NCBI GenBank assembly: GCA_046484145.1
Contig: JAWOBS010000285.1
Location: forward strand, 1 to 43,724
Reading direction: 5' to 3'
From: Bacteroidales bacterium
Lineage (GTDB): Bacteria; Bacteroidota; Bacteroidia; Bacteroidales; UBA7960
Length of the DNA: 43,724 bases
Made by a program: the position numbers and the translations under genes. Position 1 is the first letter of the stretch, and the number at the start of each line of letters is the position of its first letter. The notes beneath the pieces were generated by a model. That model saw nothing but the letters and a program-made list of their open reading frames with translations. It did no database searches and had not been told where the DNA came from. Below are positions 37,172 to 43,724 of this stretch, one piece after another.

Positions 37172-37414
37172 ATGCAAAAAGAAATTATTGTTGACAAGGT
37201 AAATGCTTTTTTAATTGATGAGTTTGAAATTGAAGATGATCAATTATCTCCCAATGCTTTACTAAAAGATGACCTTGGTATAGAAAGCCTTGATTTTGTT
37301 GATATTGCTGTTATTGTTGAAAAAGAGTTTGGTGTTAAAGTTGTTGGAGAGGAAGTAACCAATGTCAGGACTGTCGATGACCTATACAATTATATTTACC
37401 AAAAACTCAACTAG
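37172..37414 (+). CDS. acyl carrier protein (ACP-1)
   Basis: 80 aa. DDLGIESLDFVDIAVIVEKEFGV, with phosphopantetheine-site Ser39 (nt 37286-37288). Confidence 0.9.
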   Translation: MQKEIIVDKVNAFLIDEFEIEDDQLSPNALLKDDLGIESLDFVDIAVIVEKEFGVKVVGEEVTNVRTVDDLYNYIYQKLN

Positions 37415-37419
37415 AATTA

Positions 37420-38313
37420 ATGGCTTCATGGAGTGGAAAAACCAAAGGAGGAACATTAGGTTATAGAATTTTTATTTTTCTATTAAAATACTTTAATATA
37501 AGAGTTGCATATTTTGTTCTTTTTTTTGTTGCTTCATGGTTTTATCTGTTCATTAAGAAAGAAGGTATTTATTTTTATTTCAGGAAAATTCTTAACTATT
37601 CTGCCGCCAAAACTCAATTGAGTATTTGGCGTAATTTTTATATATTCGGGCAAGTACTTCTCGTTAGAATTGCTATTGCAGCAGGTTTTTCAAAAAAATT
37701 TACATTTAATTTTGAAGGTGAACATTATCTTCATGAAATAGCTGATAAAAAAACCGGCGGTGTTCTTATTGGCGCCCATATTGGAAATTGGGAAATAGCA
37801 GGCAAGCTGCTGGAAAGAATTGATGCAAATATAAATATCCTGATGTATGATGGTGAACAAGAGTATATTAAGGAATTATTATCGTCAGTTATGCAGGAGT
37901 ACAGAATTAAAATAATCTACATAAAAGAGAATGATAATTCCTACCTTTTTGAAATAGCTGAAGCCTTAAAAAGAAAAGATATTATTGCAATGCACGGTGA
38001 CAGGTTTTTGCCGGGTACAAATAATATTGAAAAAACATTTATGGGCCATAAAGCGAAATTTCCAACAGGCCCGTTTTATCTTGCCAGTAAATATAATGTC
38101 CCTGTTATATATGTTTCGGCAATGAAAGAAAAACCTACTCATTATCATTTCTATGCTACCGAACCAAAATATTACAAATACCCTGCAAATCTTAAAACTA
38201 GAAGGAATGAAATAAGTGTCATGATGGACGATTATATTGAAGTCATGGAAAGCATGATCAAAAAGTATCCACTTCAGTGGTTTAATTATTATCAATTCTG
38301 GAAAAAAAATTAA
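37420..38313 (+). CDS. LpxL/HtrB-like lysophospholipid (lipid A-type) acyltransferase
   Basis: 297 aa. N-terminal TM helices, GAHIGNWE (H-x4-E acyltransferase motif of the LpxL family), and HGDRF. Starts 5 nt after ACP-1. Confidence 0.78.
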   Translation: MASWSGKTKGGTLGYRIFIFLLKYFNIRVAYFVLFFVASWFYLFIKKEGIYFYFRKILNYSAAKTQLSIWRNFYIFGQVLLVRIAIAAGFSKKFTFNFEGEHYLHEIADKKTGGVLIGAHIGNWEIAGKLLERIDANINILMYDGEQEYIKELLSSVMQEYRIKIIYIKENDNSYLFEIAEALKRKDIIAMHGDRFLPGTNNIEKTFMGHKAKFPTGPFYLASKYNVPVIYVSAMKEKPTHYHFYATEPKYYKYPANLKTRRNEISVMMDDYIEVMESMIKKYPLQWFNYYQFWKKN

Positions 38314-38326
38314 ATATACAAAGCAA

Positions 38327-39394
38327 ATGAAAAATTACGGATCAGATGAAAAATCAGCAGTGCAGGCTAAATTTGATGCTCAAAAAATTGCCTTTGCACC
38401 AATAATGTTTCAGGCTGCAAAGTCTCTTAGAAATTTAGGCATTTTAGAAACACTTGAAAAAAACAGGAAACAAGGATTAACAATTGAAGATGTTGCAAAA
38501 AATTGCAGTGTACCGGTATATGGAGTTAAAGTTTTGCTGGAAGCTGCTATTAGCCTCGAAATGGTTTTTGTTAAAGACGATAAGTTCTTTTTGTCTAAAA
38601 CCGGTTGGTTTATTCTTAATGATGACCTGACTAAGGTAAATATGGACTTTACCAATGATGTTAATTACCTTGGTTTTCATGAGCTTGAAGAATCTATTAT
38701 AAACGAAAAGCCGGAAGGTCTTAAAGTTTTTGGAGAATGGGATACTGTTTATGAAGCTCTTTCAAAATTGCCTGAAAAGGTCAGAAAAAGCTGGTTTGCT
38801 TTTGACCATTATTATTCTGATATAGCTTTCCCTGAAGTTTTACCTCTTGTTTTCGGAAATAAACCTTCCAAAGTTCTTGATGTTGGAGGAAATACCGGGA
38901 AGTTTTCAATTAAGTGCTGTGAATATGATCCGGATGTTAAAGTTACTATTCTTGATTTGCCCGGACAATTAAATGATGCATATAAGAATATTGAAAAGAA
39001 AGGATTTTCAGATAGAATCGACGGACATGGAATGAATCTTCTTGACCCATCTAAACCATTCCCTAAAGGATATGATGCAGTTTGGATGAGCCAGTTTTTA
39101 GATTGTTTTTCTCAGGAGGATATTTTGCATCTAATCTCAAGGGCAAAAGATGCTCTTAATGAAAATGGCGCATTGTATATCCTGGAAACATTCTGGGATA
39201 AACAAAAATATGATGCTGCAATGTATAGCTTACATGCAACATCTCTTTATTTTACTTGTATAGCTAACGGATGTAGCCAGATGTATCATTCAGATGATAT
39301 GTATAAATTGGTTGATAAAGCCGGTATGTTTGTTGAAAAAACTATCGATAATATTGGAGTTAGCCATACTTTATTTATTTGTAAACCAAAATAA
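38327..39394 (+). CDS. SAM-dependent O-methyltransferase (winged-helix dimerisation domain + class I MTase)
   Basis: 355 aa. N-terminal HTH-like dimerisation region, then SAM motif I VLDVGGNTGKFS and the acidic loop ILDLP, as in small-molecule OMTs. Confidence 0.82.
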   Translation: MKNYGSDEKSAVQAKFDAQKIAFAPIMFQAAKSLRNLGILETLEKNRKQGLTIEDVAKNCSVPVYGVKVLLEAAISLEMVFVKDDKFFLSKTGWFILNDDLTKVNMDFTNDVNYLGFHELEESIINEKPEGLKVFGEWDTVYEALSKLPEKVRKSWFAFDHYYSDIAFPEVLPLVFGNKPSKVLDVGGNTGKFSIKCCEYDPDVKVTILDLPGQLNDAYKNIEKKGFSDRIDGHGMNLLDPSKPFPKGYDAVWMSQFLDCFSQEDILHLISRAKDALNENGALYILETFWDKQKYDAAMYSLHATSLYFTCIANGCSQMYHSDDMYKLVDKAGMFVEKTIDNIGVSHTLFICKPK

Positions 39395-39400
39395 ACAAAT

Positions 39401-39820
39401 ATGCTCGCTGCTGCAGAAGAAATACTGAAATATATTCCACAAAGGCCTCCTTTTGTTTTTATCGATAAGCTGTTTAAAGCTGATGAAGAATCTCTTGTTT
39501 CCGGCTTTTCAATAAAGAAGGATAATCCTTTATTGATAGATAATAAACTCTCAGAAAGCGGGCTTATTGAGAATATTGCTCAAACTGCTGCTGCCGGCAT
39601 AGGATATAAATGTATAGCAAATGGCAAAGCTGTTGTGCCGGGATTTATCGGTGCTGTAAAAAAGCTGAAAGTCAATAGCTTGCCCGAATGTGGCGAAGAA
39701 ATTGTAACTACAGTTAAAGTAGTTAGTGAAGTAATGAATGCAACCATTATTCACGGTGAAGTAGTTTATAATAGTGAAGTTATTGCAGAGTGTGATATGA
39801 ATATCTTTCTCCAGGAATAA
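39401..39820 (+). CDS. hotdog-fold 3-hydroxyacyl-ACP dehydratase (aryl-polyene type)
   Basis: 139 aa. YIPQRPPFVFIDKL, then GLIENIAQTAA, typical of the small FabZ-related dehydratases of aryl-polyene/flexirubin loci. Confidence 0.78.
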   Translation: MLAAAEEILKYIPQRPPFVFIDKLFKADEESLVSGFSIKKDNPLLIDNKLSESGLIENIAQTAAAGIGYKCIANGKAVVPGFIGAVKKLKVNSLPECGEEIVTTVKVVSEVMNATIIHGEVVYNSEVIAECDMNIFLQE

Positions 39821-39870
39821 TAAATGATTATCCGCTTAATTGAAATCTGATGTAATAAATATTTTGTGCC

Positions 39871-40341
39871 ATGAACAGAGTTGTACTTTTTTCAACGAAA
39901 TATGGGAGCACTAAAAGAGTTGCTAAAGATATTGCACGTTTCCTTGATATTGAAAACAATGTCTTTGATGTTGAAAAAGAAATACCTGAACTCACGAACT
40001 TTGACGATATTATTTTGGGTTTCCCCGTTTATGCAGGGAGTACCACAAGAGCTTTCAGGTCTTTTATTAAAAAAAACCGTGATGAAATAATCAATAAGGT
40101 TTCGGGAATTTTTGTTTTATGCTGGGATGATTCAAGACTTAATAATTATATCGAAAATATCTTTCCATCTGAGCTTAGAAGCGATGTTTATATAAAATGT
40201 GTTGGTGGAGAGATTAATCCCAATGATTTATTGGAGGTGGAAAAATCTATTATCTTTAATCTAACCGGGATTGAGAAAAGGACATCATCAATTGATGAAA
40301 AGAAGATAAAAGCATTTGCAGAGAAATTATTGAACAGATAG
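39871..40341 (+). CDS. flavodoxin-domain protein
   Basis: 156 aa. VVLFSTKYGSTKRVAKDIARFL (FMN phosphate-binding loop context) and ILGFPVYAGS. Confidence 0.72.
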   Translation: MNRVVLFSTKYGSTKRVAKDIARFLDIENNVFDVEKEIPELTNFDDIILGFPVYAGSTTRAFRSFIKKNRDEIINKVSGIFVLCWDDSRLNNYIENIFPSELRSDVYIKCVGGEINPNDLLEVEKSIIFNLTGIEKRTSSIDEKKIKAFAEKLLNR

Positions 40342-40431
40342 TTAAATTTTACTGTTCGTGATTTACGAATTGTTTATTATCATTAAATTTGTTTTTTTTA
40401 AGTATTTGTTTACCGAAATCCATTCGAAAAA

Positions 40432-40905
40432 ATGAAGGAAAATGAATTATATGTTGACTTTAAGCCTCAACAAGCTATTTATTACGTTGAAAAAGATGAT
40501 AGCTCTTATGGCCCGATAGTTAGCGGTTCTCAACTTTCTCACGACTATCTGGACGACTTTTATAAAAAGAAAATAGGCCTAGAGAAGGATTTGAGAGATA
40601 AGCTGGCAGATAATAAGATTAGCCCGGTTTATTATTATATGCTTCTGCAAGAGATTGGTGTTGGCGATCTTGCATCAAGGGTAGGTGTTACTAAGAGAAG
40701 GCTTAAGAAGCACTTTAAACCTGAAGTTTTTAATAAATTATCTTTGTCAAAAATTAAAAAATATGCAGAGATTTTTAATGTACCGCTTAGTGCGATGTTT
40801 CAAATTGTCACCGTTAAGGAGGATGATAAAAAGCAACTTAAAATAGAAAACCTAAAGACAAAAAATGATTGCTTTGAATTTTTCAGGATAGGGGTTAAAG
40901 GTTGA
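40432..40905 (+). CDS. hypothetical protein with central XRE-like helix-turn-helix
   Basis: 157 aa. aa about 70-125, IGVGDLASRVGVTKRRLKKHFKPEVFNKLSLSKIKKYAEIFNVPLSAMF, resembles an XRE/Cro-type HTH. The N-terminal 65 aa are unrecognised. The TGA stop is the first unit of the hexamer repeat. Confidence 0.6.
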   Translation: MKENELYVDFKPQQAIYYVEKDDSSYGPIVSGSQLSHDYLDDFYKKKIGLEKDLRDKLADNKISPVYYYMLLQEIGVGDLASRVGVTKRRLKKHFKPEVFNKLSLSKIKKYAEIFNVPLSAMFQIVTVKEDDKKQLKIENLKTKNDCFEFFRIGVKG

Positions 40906-40947
40906 GGTTGAGGTTAAGGTTAAGGTTAAGGTTAAGGTTAAGGTTAA
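40893..40947. repeat. hexanucleotide microsatellite (GGTTRA)n
   Basis: GGTTAA a GGTTGA GGTTGA GGTTAA x6. Eight contiguous perfect-phase units span 40900-40947, with one extra unit at 40893-40898. Read directly from the sequence. Confidence 0.97.
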
Positions 40948-40987
40948 TTGTTAATAATCAATTATATTTTTCTTAATATATTTTACA

Positions 40988-41992
40988 ATGAATAAGGTTA
41001 TTGATTTTAAACATAAAATGGCAGCCCATTGCGAAACGGGAACTTTGACAGCATTGCTTAATTATGGAGGTTTAAATATTACAGAGCCAATGATATTTGG
41101 CATAGCTAACGGGATATTTTTCGGCTATATGGATAGTGATGCTTTTCCATTTCCCACAATAATTGTAAGAAGCAGGCCCGGGCAGGTCAGGAAAAACATT
41201 GCTTCAAGGCTGGGAATTAAGCTTAAGCAGTTTAAATTTAAAAACCGGGAAAAAGGTATTGCAACTTTAGATGAGCTTATTAGTAAAGATATTCCCGTTG
41301 CTGCACAGGTTGATTTTTTCTATATGGATTATATGCCTGATTGGCAAAGAGTACATATCAATGTACATTTTATTATTATTGTTGGGAAAAAGGATGACAA
41401 ATATGTTATTAGTGATAGCTATTTCCCGAAGATTACTGAACTTAATGAAGAATTAATGGAGAAAGCCAGGTGGGCAGGCGGAACTATGGCTCCAAAAGGC
41501 TTTTTATATTATCCTGAAAAGATACCTGCAGAAATTGACCTGAAGAAGCCAATAATAAAAGGAATAAAAACAGCATGCAGAAATATGATAGGCCTGCCTG
41601 TGCCTTTTATTGGCGTGAAAGGTATTTATAAATTTGCAAATAAAGTTAAGGAATGGCCGACAATTGCCCGCGACCAGGAGCATCTTTCTCATGAAATAAT
41701 GAAAATTAATGTTTTACTTGAAGATCAAGGTACAGGCGGCGCCGGATTTAGGTTTATGTATGCGTCTTTTCTGCAACAAGCCTCTGAGGTTCTAAACAAC
41801 AATGACCTGGCTGATATGTCAAAAAGAATGATGATTAATGGTGACGAGTGGAGAAATATTTCTTACTTTGCAGCTAAAATTGGAAAAAACAGAGATCTTG
41901 GAAAAGAGCGTCTTGAAGAACTTAGTGAACTTATCAAAAAAAGAGGCGATGAGGAGAAATCTTTTTTTACTGAATTAAAAAAAATGGTGTAA
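40988..41992 (+). CDS. BtrH N-terminal-like / DUF4872-like protein (papain/C39-like fold, putative ACP-dependent acyltransferase)
   Basis: 334 aa. N-terminal MAAHCETGTLTALLNYGG, with a Cys positioned as I recall for BtrH_N domains. Later blocks INVHFIIIVG and ISDSYF. The call comes from recollected motifs plus adjacency to an ACP, so it needs an HMM check. Confidence 0.68.
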   Translation: MNKVIDFKHKMAAHCETGTLTALLNYGGLNITEPMIFGIANGIFFGYMDSDAFPFPTIIVRSRPGQVRKNIASRLGIKLKQFKFKNREKGIATLDELISKDIPVAAQVDFFYMDYMPDWQRVHINVHFIIIVGKKDDKYVISDSYFPKITELNEELMEKARWAGGTMAPKGFLYYPEKIPAEIDLKKPIIKGIKTACRNMIGLPVPFIGVKGIYKFANKVKEWPTIARDQEHLSHEIMKINVLLEDQGTGGAGFRFMYASFLQQASEVLNNNDLADMSKRMMINGDEWRNISYFAAKIGKNRDLGKERLEELSELIKKRGDEEKSFFTELKKMV

Positions 41993-42013
41993 CAGTTAAA
42001 TTATATATCTGAA

Positions 42014-42301
42014 ATGACAGCTGAAGAAAAGAAAAAACTAAAAAGGGAGATTAAAGAGTTAATTATTGAAAAACTAAAAATCACTCATGTAACTGCTGAT
42101 GAGGTGCCTGATGATGCACCCTTGTTCGGGCAAGATAACCCTCTTGGCCTGGATTCAATTGATGCTATTGAAATAATATTGGCGTTACAACAAACATATA
42201 ATGTTAGAATTGCTGATCAAAACCTTGCAAGGGTTATTCTTGAATCAGTTGATACTATTGCTGATTTCCTTGAAAAAGAAATGGTTCAGCAAGATCAATA
42301 G
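42014..42301 (+). CDS. acyl carrier protein (ACP-2)
   Basis: 95 aa. PLGLDSIDAIEIILALQ, with Ser48 (nt 42155-42157). Confidence 0.88.
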   Translation: MTAEEKKKLKREIKELIIEKLKITHVTADEVPDDAPLFGQDNPLGLDSIDAIEIILALQQTYNVRIADQNLARVILESVDTIADFLEKEMVQQDQ

Positions 42302-42309
42302 TTTTTTGT

Positions 42310-43389
42310 ATGCAACACTCTTACTTACTAAGTGTTATCTCTTTTGGTAATTTATGTAGTTTGATTATCAGAAATAGAGGGGTGTCTTTCAAGTATCTTG
42401 GCAGATTTCTCTTTCTTCTTCAGGGGAGTTTATGGTCTTCCCTTTTTAATATTATTGAAAAGTTAAAAGGCAAAGACAAGTCGCTTAAAAATAACTTTTC
42501 CAATGGACCGGTTTTTATTGTTGGGCACTGGAGGACAGGTAGTACTTTTTTGCACCAGCTTCTTTCTATAGACAAACAGTTTGTCACTCCCAGCGTTGTC
42601 CAGGTTTCTGTACCTGAAAGTTTTCCTGTGTCTCAAAAATATTTTAGAAAAATAATGTCTAAGGTTATTGATGATAAAAGGCCAATGGATAATGTTAAAT
42701 TAGGCCCTGACGAACCACAGGAAGATGAGTATGCAATCGTTAAAATGATAAAAAATACACCCCTGGAAAAACTGTTTTTTCGCAGAAAAAAAACTGACTT
42801 TATTGATGACCTTAGAAATGCTGTGCAAATTGAAAAGATATCAAAGTCATGGAAAGATACTTTTAGTAAGTTTGTTGCACGTCTTACATATAGCAATAAA
42901 AATGCAATACCATTGCTGAAGAACCCGTTTCATTCTTTTAGAATAAAGGAGATTTTAGAGATTTATCCAAATGCTAAGTTTATTCATATATATCGTGACC
43001 CCGTTAATGTAATTCCTTCCACCATAAGGATGTGGAATATTGTCGGGAAACAGAATTTACTTGCAGGAAAGTGGAAAGATGTATCATCCGAAAGTGCTGC
43101 CACAATGTTTAATTTTCTGTGGCAAGAGTTGAAAGAAGGAACTAAGCTTTGTAATGAAAATAATTTTACAGAAATTAGTTTTGAAAAACTTGAAAATGAC
43201 CCTGTTACAACTGTGAAAGATATATATAATAAACTTAATCTGGATTTTTCTGTTGGTTTTGATAATGAGCTTAATGAATATTTGTTAAGCCTCAGGTCTT
43301 ATAAAAAAAATGAATATACACTTGATGAAGATTCAGTCATGTATATAAAAACAGCTTGTGCTGATTTTATTCAGACTTATAATTATTGA
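42310..43389 (+). CDS. PAPS-dependent sulfotransferase family protein
   Basis: 359 aa. 5'-PSB loop VGHWRTGSTFLHQLL and 3'-PB region IHIYRDPVNVIPSTIRMW. Starts 8 nt after ACP-2. Confidence 0.85.
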   Translation: MQHSYLLSVISFGNLCSLIIRNRGVSFKYLGRFLFLLQGSLWSSLFNIIEKLKGKDKSLKNNFSNGPVFIVGHWRTGSTFLHQLLSIDKQFVTPSVVQVSVPESFPVSQKYFRKIMSKVIDDKRPMDNVKLGPDEPQEDEYAIVKMIKNTPLEKLFFRRKKTDFIDDLRNAVQIEKISKSWKDTFSKFVARLTYSNKNAIPLLKNPFHSFRIKEILEIYPNAKFIHIYRDPVNVIPSTIRMWNIVGKQNLLAGKWKDVSSESAATMFNFLWQELKEGTKLCNENNFTEISFEKLENDPVTTVKDIYNKLNLDFSVGFDNELNEYLLSLRSYKKNEYTLDEDSVMYIKTACADFIQTYNY

Positions 43390-43410
43390 TAAATTCTAAT
43401 TGCTTTTGTT

Positions 43411-43724
43411 ATGAAATTTAAACTTATATATCCCAAATGGCCAAAGCTTGAAAGGCAAACAACCTTTAACTTGCCTCCGCACGGGCCTGTTGTTATGGCT
43501 GCTGAAATACCTGATTATGTTGAAGTTGATTTTGTTGATGAAAATGTTGAGCCGCTTATAATTAAAGATGATGCAGATTTTGTTGGAATTTCTGTGATGC
43601 TTACTACACAGATTAAAAGGGGTTGGGAAATCGCAGATCAATACAGAAAAATGGGTAAAAAGGTAATCTTTGGAGGCATTTCAGCTATGTTGCATGCAGA
43701 GGAAACTCTTGAACATGCTGATAG
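43411..43724 (+). CDS. B12-binding-domain radical SAM protein, 5' fragment (continues beyond the window)
   Basis: From the ATG at 43411 the frame is open to the window end. MKFKLIYPKWPKLERQTTFNLPPHGPVVMAAEIPDYVEVDFVDENVEPLIIKDDADFVGISVMLTTQIKRGWEIADQYRKMGKKVIFGGISAMLHAEE fits the N-terminal cobalamin-binding-like domain of class B radical SAM enzymes. Absent from the ORF track because it has no stop. Confidence 0.8.
   Translation, partial: MKFKLIYPKWPKLERQTTFNLPPHGPVVMAAEIPDYVEVDFVDENVEPLIIKDDADFVGISVMLTTQIKRGWEIADQYRKMGKKVIFGGISAMLHAEETLEHAD

Noticed and set aside
36995-37177. 60-aa minus-strand ORF overlapping the ACP-1 start
   Set aside because: It lies in the AT-rich promoter/leader region, has no recognisable motifs, and overlaps the candidate promoter and the ACP start codon.
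19407-38680. Other internal shadow ORFs, e.g. 19407-19709, 21110-21298, 21464-21761, 22380-22745, 25289-27921 (several), 29423-30022, 30400-30672, 30914-31396, 32231-32461, 35182-35367, 37966-38295 and 38410-38680
   Set aside because: Each is nested inside, or largely overlaps, a longer motif-supported CDS on the opposite strand. None shows family motifs.
39871-40341. The flavodoxin-domain protein as the DarA component of dialkylresorcinol synthesis
   Set aside because: It is only 156 aa and has no adjacent KS III (DarB)-like gene. I cannot support this from the sequence.
40893-40947. Possible CRISPR array or telomere-like repeat
   Set aside because: The unit is only 6 nt with no spacers and no cas genes nearby. 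It is a simple microsatellite and is reported as such.
43396-43641. 81-aa minus-strand ORF
   Set aside because: It is antisense to the much better supported plus-strand B12-binding radical SAM N-terminus that starts at 43411.
1-43724. Search for mobile elements, prophage, defence systems, toxin-antitoxin pairs and tRNA/rRNA/tmRNA genes
   Set aside because: No integrase, transposase, recombinase, reverse transcriptase or nuclease-helicase-type ORFs were seen. No terminal inverted repeats and no tRNA-like T-arm motifs were noticed in any intergenic region.

Overview
AT-rich chromosomal segment that looks Bacteroidota-like. Support: a TonB-dependent receptor with a CarboxypepD_reg N-terminus, TAnnTTTG-type -7 boxes instead of Shine-Dalgarno sites, and flexirubin-type gene content. 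All calls rest on reading the translated ORFs for family motifs; no searches were run. Positions 1-18.7 kb hold ordinary housekeeping genes: tpx 3' end, dnaK, a TonB-dependent receptor, rpmB, an MscS-family channel, a J-domain membrane protein, aroE, DUF368, a TPR protein, ffh, folD and queE. A TPR-SpoIIE/PP2C phosphatase and an orphan sensor histidine kinase follow. From 18.8 kb to the right edge (the locus continues beyond it) lies a ~25 kb, two-armed, divergently transcribed type II FAS-like aryl-polyene/flexirubin-type lipid-pigment cluster. The minus arm (35813 down to 18791) has 14 tightly packed or overlapping genes: tyrosine/histidine ammonia-lyase, KR, KS, NodB deacetylase, LolA-like protein, lipoprotein, hotdog-GT2-DUF2062 fusion, MMPL-PlsC-methyltransferase fusion, two CrtI-like flavoenzymes, a C45 Ntn acyltransferase-like protein and a PaaK-like ligase. 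The plus arm (37172 onward) encodes ACP, an LpxL-like acyltransferase, an O-methyltransferase and a hotdog dehydratase. It then continues with a module not explained by the textbook aryl-polyene/flexirubin scheme: flavodoxin, an XRE-like protein, a BtrH-like protein plus a second ACP, a PAPS-type sulfotransferase and a truncated B12-binding radical SAM enzyme. A DUF302 gene flanked by two long AT-rich spacers sits between the arms. A perfect hexanucleotide microsatellite (GGTTRA)n begins exactly at the stop codon of the XRE-like gene, just upstream of the BtrH-like gene. No tRNA/rRNA genes, CRISPR arrays, integrases, transposases or recognisable defence genes were seen.
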